Source: a bacterium
GTDB lineage: Bacteria; Zhuqueibacterota; Zhuqueibacteria; Zhuqueibacterales; Zhuqueibacteraceae
Direction of reading: 5' to 3'
Assembly (NCBI GenBank): GCA_044869275.1
Contig: JBIOXB010000250.1
Span: forward strand, 1-43,771
Length of the DNA: 43,771 bases
Positions 10,431-18,314 of this stretch are shown here, piece after piece. The notes under the pieces are model-generated. The model was not told where the DNA came from. It worked only from the letters and a program-made list of their open reading frames with translations, and did no database searches. The first letter of the stretch is position 1. Each line of letters opens with the position of its first letter. The position numbers were made by a program, and so were the translations under genes.

Positions 10431-10766
10431 GAAAGCTTTAAATTCCATTACACGGCGGGGAAGAAGCGGTCTAAAGCTTTCTGGCGCAATTCCCCGGCGG
10501 GGTAAACCCGGTCAAAAGCTTCTTCACGCCATTCCCCGGCAGTGTATTCACATCCAAAAGCTTTCTCCCGCCATTACCCCCCGGAGGAATATGCTTTGCA
10601 AGCAATTATTTGCCATTCCCCCGCGTCGTAAAGTGCTGTACGAGCTTTTATCCACCATTACCCGCGGTTGTATCCGCGGTTGCAAGGCTTCTCCCGCCAT
10701 TACACGGTCGTGTAATCCCCCACGAAAGCTTCCGCACGCCATTACACGGCTGGGAGCTGATCTTTT
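10431..10766. repeat. tandem array of eight degenerate 42-bp units, each with an imperfect 18-bp palindrome
   Basis: Units start at 10431, 10473, 10515, 10557, 10599, 10641, 10683 and 10725. C(C/A)ATT is at unit positions 15-19 in all eight, and an AAGCTT-like motif sits at the unit start. Confidence 0.85.
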
Positions 10767-11005
10767 AACCCCGAAAGGATGAAGCAGATAGAGCGAAATG
10801 AGCAAATCAGTGCTTTGACAAACGGATGAAGCGGATGGAGAGGAGAGTGATGCTCAAAAAGCGAATTTTTGAAATCCGCAAGGAGTTCGAATGAATGCAA
10901 AATGATTTAAAATAATTTTGCCATTAAATCATCTTGCCTAAAGCTTTTCAATGGTTTTTGCCTATAATCGTTTTGCCTGCTCAAAAAAACAACTGAATAG
11001 TTACA

Positions 11006-11167
11006 ATGCAAAAACATATCAAAGAGCGCTTCAAAGAACTCTTTCAAATCAAATATGATTTGTTGTTGTATGATGTGACCTCTACCCACTTTGAGAGCGA
11101 ATCTTGGAATGGCCCACAGGACGTGCGCGCACGCCACTCTGCTTTCGCCAAACAAAAAGAGGGATGA
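11006..11167 (+). pseudogene. IS1634-family transposase fragment
   Basis: Manual translation MQKHIKERFKELFQIKYDLLLYDVTSTHFESE... matches the LFxxxxDLLLYDxTSTYFEG motif of IS1634 DDE transposases. Only about 35 codons are homologous. Confidence 0.7.
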
Positions 11168-11194
11168 CTATTGGTGTCATCCCTCTTGTGTTTT
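11157..11194. terminator. probable (bidirectional) intrinsic terminator
   Basis: Perfect 12-bp stem aagagggatgac / gtcatccctctt with a 7-nt loop, an A-run before and a T-rich tract after. Confidence 0.65.
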
Positions 11195-11919
11195 GAAGGT
11201 TATAAAAAGTCTCCTACAGCGACCAGGTTGAACCTTAACTGCTTGGGGGGGGAGCGGAAAAGTTTCCAACTGCAGGAGACTTGTTTTCACAAACCAAACA
11301 GAATCGCCAGCTTCCGCCGGTAATGGTTCGTTACACGAAACGTTTTTGAACGAGAGGTACTAAGGGATGGTAATACGAGAAGCACAATACACAGCGCGCT
11401 GAAGGTGCCCCAGTGTTGTTAATAAAAAATAATGCAGGCTAACATAAAAAGCAAGCGATAATTCGTCTATTTTCAGACTACGCAAATCAGTTGCACTTTG
11501 CCTCTCCGAATCTCGTGGAGACGCGAGCGGGCCATCACTTGCGGCGAGTCCAATCCACTTCCAAACTCTAAGAGTGCTCATGGAGTTTGTGGAGGGTAGA
11601 AATGGAACCGCAAACCGGTTCCCAAGCCGCAATAGGCGGTTTGACAAACCGTCGAAGTCCACTGTGACACTTACGGTGGAAAAAAGTTGTTGCAATTAAG
11701 CTGGTACGTTTTAGATTTGCTTCATCAAAATTATCAAATAGTTATTGCAGAAAACCTCCTGTTTAGGATAAAATTTTCAATTGCGAGCATTTTTTGTGAT
11801 AAATAACTTCAAAGCGGCGAAGCCTTCACTCAATTTCGCATCCGCGCAGCCGCACGCTGGAGGTGATAAACAAAAAGTAGAGGATAATCTAACGTAAATA
11901 CAAAACGCGCGAAAAGAAC

Positions 11920-12687
11920 ATGAATTTCTTGGCTAACAGTGCAAATTTGAATCCCGCCCATGTCTTGTGGTTGGTGAGAGAAAAGAGGGTGCAAAGCTTG
12001 CGCGACTTGGACGAATACTTTCATTCCGCTCCCTCCCACCCTGGAAAACCGGAACTACTTTTGGGAAAATCCGAAATTCTGACTAGAAGTGTGTTTTTGC
12101 GTGAACTTTTGGGTCGTTTCATAGCAGCAGGCCTAATCGAAGGAGACGAAAGCTACTTTTCACCCTCGCCCAACATTGAAAAGATACAGGTTGCGCTTGG
12201 ACTAAGTCTTGTCGAACTGGCGGAAAAGCCCTTTGGCGCGATTTGGGTGAATCCAATATGGGGAAAAGTAAATGACGATTCTGAAAAACCCGATGTCTTT
12301 GTGCTTATGCCTTTCTCCCGTGATTTGCAGCCTGTTTACGAGAAGCACATCCTGAAAGTCTGCAAAGAGTTGCAGCTGAAGACGGCAAGAGCTGACGACT
12401 TGTTTACCACCAAAAGCGTGGTCTTGGACATTTGGAATGCGATCTTTAATTCAAAAATCATCATCGCTGACTGCACGGGAAGGAATCCAAATGTTTTTTA
12501 TGAGATCGGCATTGCTCACACCATTGGCAAACCGGTTATTCTCATCACCCAAAATCTCGGCGATGTGCCCTCCGATCTTCGCCATATGCGATTTATTGAA
12601 TACGAATACACGCGAACGGGAATGACAGTGTTTGAGAAAGCTCTCGCGAAAACGCTCAAAACGGAATATCACAATATTAAAGTATGA
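11920..12687 (+). CDS. protein with C-terminal TIR-like / nucleoside 2-deoxyribosyltransferase-like domain
   Basis: VFVLMPF...RADD...IWNAI...IIIADCTGRNPNVFYEIGIAHTIGKPVILI...VPSDLRH, the signature of the NDT/TIR-like family. The N-terminal about 110 aa are unassigned. Confidence 0.8.
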   Translation: MNFLANSANLNPAHVLWLVREKRVQSLRDLDEYFHSAPSHPGKPELLLGKSEILTRSVFLRELLGRFIAAGLIEGDESYFSPSPNIEKIQVALGLSLVELAEKPFGAIWVNPIWGKVNDDSEKPDVFVLMPFSRDLQPVYEKHILKVCKELQLKTARADDLFTTKSVVLDIWNAIFNSKIIIADCTGRNPNVFYEIGIAHTIGKPVILITQNLGDVPSDLRHMRFIEYEYTRTGMTVFEKALAKTLKTEYHNIKV

Positions 12688-12805
12688 CAGAGACCATACT
12701 CGGATATCGCTCGAAGTCAAAAAGAAGTATTTCAGCGAGCACGCATAGCAAAAGCACACGTGAAATGAGCTGAAGGTATTCTTCTGGATTCAAAACCGAA
12801 TTCCG

Positions 12806-12841
12806 TTCCTGATGCACCCATATAATTGGATGCATCAGGAA
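12806..12841. terminator. hairpin between convergent genes
   Basis: 11-bp IR ttcctgatgca / tgcatcaggaa between the stops at 12687 (+) and 12866 (-). There is no clear U-tract. Confidence 0.4.
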
Positions 12842-12865
12842 TGGGTAATTTCCGGTCCGCCCTTT

Positions 12866-15604
12866 TCATCTAAGCACAGCGATTTTTATCGTCCTAACGC
12901 CGGCAACAGTGGTCAATTGACCAAAATAAACGCCGGTGCTCACCAAACGCCTGTGTGCATCACGACCGTCCCACACCCGCTGATGCCGGCCAGCGGGCAG
13001 GTCGACGCGATCGAGTAGAATGATGACCTCGCGACCCGTGAGATCGTAAATCTTAAAAGTCACCACGCTTTGTTGTGGCAAACCAAAGCGAATGGTGGTC
13101 TCGGGGTTGAATGGATTGGGGAAATTCCGTTCCAACACAAACTCTTTCGGCACACTGCCAACGTTTGCAGTCTCTTCCAACACATACTCTTCTTTGCCAA
13201 CCACCAAACTCAAACGTTTAGGTTTACCCAAACCGCGCGCTTGATATTCAAAATCTGCCCGCTCGCGAAGATTCTGCTTGTAATCTAGCTCATTATCCAC
13301 GAGATATACCGCGAGCTCGCCATCAATTTCCCGCAAGCCGTCGAATTGCAGATTCACCATCGCGTCGTGAATATTGCTTTCCACTACGAAAGTCCAGCGT
13401 TGGTTGGGATTGGCCGGCGCGCGCAGGTCATGGCTATAGCGATCAAAAACTTTTTGCCATTCTGCATGTGGAAAATAAAGTGAGACATACTCGCCGATGG
13501 GGGGCGGCTCGGCCAAATCATTTGCGTCCCAACCGTCGGTGCTGGTTGCAGCCGCGCCGGCAAAGTTTTCGGTATCCTGGGCTTCGTGGCAGCGTGCGAC
13601 AATTTGGAGGTGCCATGATTGTGCTGCTTGCCGGGCCGTCAGCGGAGCAAGTCCCGGTGCCTGGCTGGGATTCACGATCAGTTCATCCGGAGACAAGCTG
13701 TTATTGGCAAAATAATATCCTTCCCACGGCATCGCCTCGCCGACCGTAATCCAACTACCGCCCGTGTACGTTCGCAAGGTTACTACGCCGCCGTTTTTCA
13801 GGCTCAATTTGTCCACGGGCACAGTAAAGTTGAAAGGCATCGCCACAAAATTATGCCCCGGCGCCAGAATGATGCGAAAATCCTGATCGGTTTGGACGGT
13901 CTGCCCGGGCCCGGCATCGATGACTTTGTTAGGCTCACGCACGATCAAAAACAAGCTTTGCCCGGGCAGGAATGCGCCTGTCGCAGACATTTCGGCATAT
14001 GGAGATTTATTCGTGAGCGGTTGGCCGGCAACAAGACCGAAAAGCCGCCAGGCACTACTGGCATACGGGCCGAGGTCGTCTTCCAACACCGCGATTGCAG
14101 TAGCTTCGTTCAATTGAAACGGCACGGAAACCAGCCGGTAAGAAGTGCGTTCGCTGCCACCCGGAAGCGCCGTAGGCTTTGCTTCCACGCTGAACTGGAT
14201 AGGAATGGAAAATATGCCCGCCATCGGCAGTCGTGCCGCGAGATTCGCTTGGTCCACGGCCGTAATGAAATACTCCGTTCCGCGCGCAGTTGCACCCGCG
14301 GCCGGAATGGTTGCTTGAAACACGCCGCCGTTCGCGGTCATCGGAACGGAGGCGAAATCGATGTCGCCGCCTCTGCGATAGTGCAACGTCGCGGCAGCCA
14401 CGCCGGCATCATCGGTGATGTTGGCTTGCACCAGAATGAACTGTCCGGCGGGCCGCAGCCCAATCGCGGTATGAATGATGTTCGGGGCGCGGTTAGTGAT
14501 GTCGATGACGGTGACTTGGAATTCCGTGGAATCTTGCAATTCTCCGTCATCAGCAGTGACCGTGATTTCTGCCACACCTGTTGCCACCGGGACTACAACG
14601 AGCAAGCCGCCCGAAACTTCTGCCGTGGCGACGGCGGTTGCATTCGAGCTTGCCCGATAGGTTAGCGCGTCGCCGTTGGCGTCGTTGAATACTGCCGGTG
14701 GCGCGCTCAAATCAAGCTGGAACGAAGGGCCGCCCAATGCGAGAGTTGTATCGGGTATTTCCCTGGCCACCATTGGCCGCTGGTTGACTCGAATCACCGT
14801 AACAGAAAACGTATCGGCAGCAGTTCCGCCGCGGTTGTCATTGGCTGACAGTAAAATCGCAGCCTCGCCGGCAGACACCGGAGCAAGCGTGAGTGTGCTT
14901 CCCGAAATCGTAGCGGTGGCGACGTTCACGGCACTCGAGCTTGCCGTATAAGTAAGCACGTCACCATCGGGATCATTGAATACCGCAGGCGCGGCATCCA
15001 AATCAATTGTAACCGGATCATCCCCAATCACGAGCGTTTGATCTGGAATCGGATTTGGTATGATGGGAGGCCGATTTATGATCGTGCCGACCATCACGGC
15101 AAAGGAGGTCGAGTCCATTCCCCCTCTGCCGTCATCGGCAATCACCATGATGGTGGCATTGCCCACGGCTACCGGCGCGACGGCCAGCATGCTGCCTGAA
15201 ATGTGGGTGGTGGCAATAGCCGTTGCGTTCGAGCGCGCCGTGTAGCTCAGAGCGTCGTTATCTGGATCATTGAAAACAAAGGGGGAGGCATTCAAATCAT
15301 GCCGCCATACGCTTCCGCCCACGGGCAAGCTCTGATCCAGAATCCTATTGGCAACAGCAGGCGGGTTGTTCACCAAGTTGTAAATGATGCCGCCGGAGAG
15401 CGTGAATCTCTGAGTGCCGGCTCGGCCTGTTTCAGTAATCTGACCGGCCGTGCCGGTGAGCGAAAACGAACTCGACTGGGCTGTTCCACCAGCGGTACTA
15501 AAGACCGAGTTCGTAATCGCCGTTTGAGCAAAACTTGTTCCGATCAAGATAACAACCAGAACACATATTAAACGCCTTATGAGTTTAGTAGATACACGAT
15601 TCAT
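12866..15604 (-). CDS. secreted protein: 3 Ig-like (Big_9/cadherin-like) repeats + shared ~540-aa C-terminal module with FlgD-Ig/T9SS-type sorting domain
   Basis: Signal peptide (...GTSFA-Q), three 'VFNDxxxDxLxY...ADDG' repeats, and a C-terminal RNFPNPFNPET...WDGRD...GVYF. RBS GGAG. Confidence 0.9.
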   Translation of the reverse strand: MNRVSTKLIRRLICVLVVILIGTSFAQTAITNSVFSTAGGTAQSSSFSLTGTAGQITETGRAGTQRFTLSGGIIYNLVNNPPAVANRILDQSLPVGGSVWRHDLNASPFVFNDPDNDALSYTARSNATAIATTHISGSMLAVAPVAVGNATIMVIADDGRGGMDSTSFAVMVGTIINRPPIIPNPIPDQTLVIGDDPVTIDLDAAPAVFNDPDGDVLTYTASSSAVNVATATISGSTLTLAPVSAGEAAILLSANDNRGGTAADTFSVTVIRVNQRPMVAREIPDTTLALGGPSFQLDLSAPPAVFNDANGDALTYRASSNATAVATAEVSGGLLVVVPVATGVAEITVTADDGELQDSTEFQVTVIDITNRAPNIIHTAIGLRPAGQFILVQANITDDAGVAAATLHYRRGGDIDFASVPMTANGGVFQATIPAAGATARGTEYFITAVDQANLAARLPMAGIFSIPIQFSVEAKPTALPGGSERTSYRLVSVPFQLNEATAIAVLEDDLGPYASSAWRLFGLVAGQPLTNKSPYAEMSATGAFLPGQSLFLIVREPNKVIDAGPGQTVQTDQDFRIILAPGHNFVAMPFNFTVPVDKLSLKNGGVVTLRTYTGGSWITVGEAMPWEGYYFANNSLSPDELIVNPSQAPGLAPLTARQAAQSWHLQIVARCHEAQDTENFAGAAATSTDGWDANDLAEPPPIGEYVSLYFPHAEWQKVFDRYSHDLRAPANPNQRWTFVVESNIHDAMVNLQFDGLREIDGELAVYLVDNELDYKQNLRERADFEYQARGLGKPKRLSLVVGKEEYVLEETANVGSVPKEFVLERNFPNPFNPETTIRFGLPQQSVVTFKIYDLTGREVIILLDRVDLPAGRHQRVWDGRDAHRRLVSTGVYFGQLTTVAGVRTIKIAVLR

Positions 15605-15667
15605 CGTTCGAGTTCTCCAAGAAAATCTTGCTACGCTCCATGTGTTATCCTGGTATTATCCCTGCCT

Positions 15668-17821
15668 CTAATCATTTTTTGCCTCAGAGGTTCGTCGCGC
15701 TTCCCAAGCTGCACGCTTTTCGGGATAGAGATTGGGGTCGTCATCTGACCACGGCGCACGCTCCAAACGGGCACGCTCATAGTCGCGGCGTTTCGCCACC
15801 AGGCGATATGAAAACTCGGCATTGGCATCGCCATCACGGAGCTGAACGGTAAACGCACCGGAGCCGCGCCGGCTCACGTAGAGGTCGGCGTTGCCATAAG
15901 CCTGAATGAAGACGTGATATGAGATATTCAGATTGACGGTTTCGGCAAAGGTGGGATCAATGGCGATCACGGCCTGGCCGTTTTGCAGGCGCCCGAAGCC
16001 ATAATCGGCAAACCAGACTTCAGTGGCTTCTTCCGTATAAAGCAGGCGCGCCCCTATTGAGGTGCCCACCACGGCATTCTTTGTCCCACTAACGACTTGC
16101 AGCCCAACTTGACCCGAAGCAGCCGAAATGTTAACGCCCTTACTAGAGCTTCCAGTGCCCACAAAAGATCCCGCGAAACCGGAGCCATCAGTAGTGGCGT
16201 CCAATGCATTATTCCCATTGCTTGGGTTCATAATCTCAAAGGAGCCGCCAACGCCAGCACCAGTAGCGAGGCCGTAGATGGCTGCAGTGATACTGTTGTT
16301 GCTATTGCTTCTGCCCCTGAGCGCGGCAATAGCGCTTGCAGGGTTGTTCACTTCAAAAACGCCGGCCCGCCCGGCACCAATGTTTGTCACGGAAAAAGCA
16401 TCACTGTTACTGGTAATCGTTTGGCTGAAGGGTAAATTCAATCCTCCACTGGAAGCAGCAGTCGTCTGCAGCGTTCCGTCTGGAAAACGAATACCGTCCT
16501 GGCCGGCTGTGCCCGCGATATGAAGCTTTGCCGCCGGCGCAGTCGTTCCTATTCCGATGTTTCCAGTCGTGACAATATTCTGCAGGCCGAAGTTGGGGCT
16601 GATTTTCGTGCCCGCGATCGCGGCAGCTGTGCTCACCTTAACATTTGTCACGGCGCCATCTTGAATCATGTTGCCGGTGACCGCATTCGCCTGGCCCTCA
16701 TTCACATATTGGCCGTCCGTAAAAGCAGTACTGAGCGCCAGGGCCACGTCACCGGATGCGCCACCGCCGCTCAAACCGATGCCAGCAATGACTGAAGTGA
16801 TATCAGCACCGGCAATGGCAGCCGTCGTTTGCACCGTTCCGTCGGCAAAGCGAACGCTATCTACGCGCGCTGCTCCGTTGATATGGAGTCTGGCACTGGG
16901 CGTAGTCGTCCCAATTCCGATCCTTCCCGTGGTAAAAATGTTCTGTGTGCCAAAGTTGGGATTGACTTTCGTGCCAGAGATCGCAGCCGAGGAATTGATG
17001 TCCACATTTGTAATGGCGCCATCGGCAATGTCGATGCTTTCCACCACGCCGTCTTGAATCATGTTGCTGCTGATGGCATTGCCTTGGTCTTCATTAACGT
17101 AGCTTCCGTCCGTGAAAGCCCTGTTGAGTGACACCGAATCCCCTGCGACACTGATACCAGTGCCGGGGTTGATGTTCAACGTTAGATCTCCGGCATCTCC
17201 ACCACCCGTCAAGCCTGCACCGGCATCGACCTTGGTGATATCACCCCCGCTGGACGTGGCAGAAATCGTCAGACTATTCCCGGTTGGTGTAATCAAGACG
17301 TTTGCTCCTGGCAGAAGAGTGATGTCGTCGCGTAGATTGTTCAGGCTTTTCACCACTTGCCCGCTCGTGATTTTTGTCGCTATCACCGCACCGTCTTGAA
17401 TTTTATTGCTGGTTATAGCATTGTCGGCGACGCCGTCGGCCTGGCTCGCGCGGAGGGCGAAAGCCGAGCTCACCAATTGAAAGCGCGGCGCCATCTCCGT
17501 ATCATTGTTCACCTTGATGCCCAGGTACCGGTCGCCGCTCCCGCTGAATAACGTGCTTGGAAAAGGCGTATTTCTCCCTAACAACACACTAAATTGGCCG
17601 CCGGCTATCGTAACTTGTTGTGTCTCGCTCCACAGCGCCGTACCGCCGGTAGCGGTAGAATATATCGAGAAAATGAGATCAAAATCGCCTGAAGCCGCAG
17701 TGCCGCCTGTGGCCAACCTGCCTTGATAGTTGAGAAAATTGGGAACCTGTGCTTGCAGGGAAGCCATGGCAAGAAGAGTGCTCAATATTGCCGCCGGAAT
17801 CATTTCGGATTTCAGTTTCAT
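15668..17821 (-). CDS. secreted fibre-like protein (N-terminal NYQGRL domain, GIGTTxP repeats, phage-tail-like C-terminal domain), no sorting domain
   Basis: Signal peptide (SLQA-Q), LNYQGRL...LWSETQ...F.VLLG...E..PR, a duplicated GDITxVxAGxGL...GIGTTxPxAxLHI...FxDGTxQTTAA unit, and a C-terminal KNAVV...LLYTEEATEVWFADYG...FSYRLVAKR. RBS GAGGAG. Confidence 0.85.
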   Translation of the reverse strand: MKLKSEMIPAAILSTLLAMASLQAQVPNFLNYQGRLATGGTAASGDFDLIFSIYSTATGGTALWSETQQVTIAGGQFSVLLGRNTPFPSTLFSGSGDRYLGIKVNNDTEMAPRFQLVSSAFALRASQADGVADNAITSNKIQDGAVIATKITSGQVVKSLNNLRDDITLLPGANVLITPTGNSLTISATSSGGDITKVDAGAGLTGGGDAGDLTLNINPGTGISVAGDSVSLNRAFTDGSYVNEDQGNAISSNMIQDGVVESIDIADGAITNVDINSSAAISGTKVNPNFGTQNIFTTGRIGIGTTTPSARLHINGAARVDSVRFADGTVQTTAAIAGADITSVIAGIGLSGGGASGDVALALSTAFTDGQYVNEGQANAVTGNMIQDGAVTNVKVSTAAAIAGTKISPNFGLQNIVTTGNIGIGTTAPAAKLHIAGTAGQDGIRFPDGTLQTTAASSGGLNLPFSQTITSNSDAFSVTNIGAGRAGVFEVNNPASAIAALRGRSNSNNSITAAIYGLATGAGVGGSFEIMNPSNGNNALDATTDGSGFAGSFVGTGSSSKGVNISAASGQVGLQVVSGTKNAVVGTSIGARLLYTEEATEVWFADYGFGRLQNGQAVIAIDPTFAETVNLNISYHVFIQAYGNADLYVSRRGSGAFTVQLRDGDANAEFSYRLVAKRRDYERARLERAPWSDDDPNLYPEKRAAWEARRTSEAKND

Positions 17822-17919
17822 CGTCCGCTCCTCAGTAAGTTTTGGGTTAGATGAGTCACCATACTACTCAAACGTGAAGATTCTGCCTCTACAGAAAAGA
17901 GTGCTTTCCAAAGAAACAT

Positions 17920-17944
17920 ATTATAAGGCTGAACGCCGCGTTCA
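17920..17944 (-). promoter_or_regulatory. putative -10 box with adjacent palindromic operator
   Basis: TATAAT on the minus strand (17920-17925) and a perfect TGAACGC-C-GCGTTCA palindrome (17930-17944), about 100 bp upstream of the 17821 start. Confidence 0.4.
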
Positions 17945-18010
17945 ATCCATGTTTTCAGAATGCCGGAGGCGTCTTAAAAAGAGGTGGGATGCACTATTTT
18001 TCGATCATCA

Positions 18011-18163
18011 CTAGCTTGACAATGTTAAGTTGAGTGTCTCACCCACTGTTTGTCATCCTGGAAGGATCTTTTTCAGCATAAGCACAGTGCCAAGTGCAGA
18101 AAAGGATCCCTCCAGGATGACATGAATCGGGGGAGGTCAGCCAAGTTGACATTGTCAAGCTAG
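18011..18163. mobile_element. CTAG-bounded MITE 1 with internal REP hairpin
   Basis: 15-bp perfect terminal IR ctagcttgacaatgt / acattgtcaagctag. Internal tgtcatcctggaaggatc ... gatccctccaggatgaca. Confidence 0.75.
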
Positions 18164-18270
18164 CACGACAACGTTAAGTTCACATTTTTGCACTAAAAAC
18201 CAGCACTGTCAGCCCGAAGCATCGGGATGACATGCCTGGTGGTGGCGTTGACTTAACGTTGTAGCACTAG
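18160..18270. mobile_element. CTAG-bounded MITE 2, sharing a CTAG with MITE 1
   Basis: Ends ctagcacgacaacgttaagt / acttaacgttgtagcactag. Internal tgtcagcccga...tcgggatgaca. Confidence 0.7.
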
Positions 18271-18314
18271 ATCGATCATCTTCAACTACCATGTAAAATT
18301 CAAATAGTAGGTCC

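Noticed and set aside
10431..10766. CRISPR array interpretation of the 42-bp repeats
   Set aside because: The repeats are too degenerate, the variable part is only about 10-15 nt, the period is too short, and no cas genes are in the window.
10426..10782. 118-aa ORF with 14-aa repeats as a real protein
   Set aside because: An open frame is expected for a 42-bp period. The opposite strand is also partly open and the substitutions are largely non-synonymous. Not excluded, but unsupported.
11207..11282. 6S RNA or integron attC site
   Set aside because: It is too short for 6S and lacks its usual gene context. It has no matching RYYYAAC/GTTRRRY ends and no integrase.
11360..11695. 111-aa minus-strand ORF
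   Set aside because: It has no RBS and no recognisable motif, and it lies in a hairpin-rich non-coding gap.
12684..12773. 29-aa ORF overlapping the TIR/NDT-like stop (ATGA) as a partner gene or GxxExxY remnant
   Set aside because: It is too short, and the resemblance is limited to a few residues.
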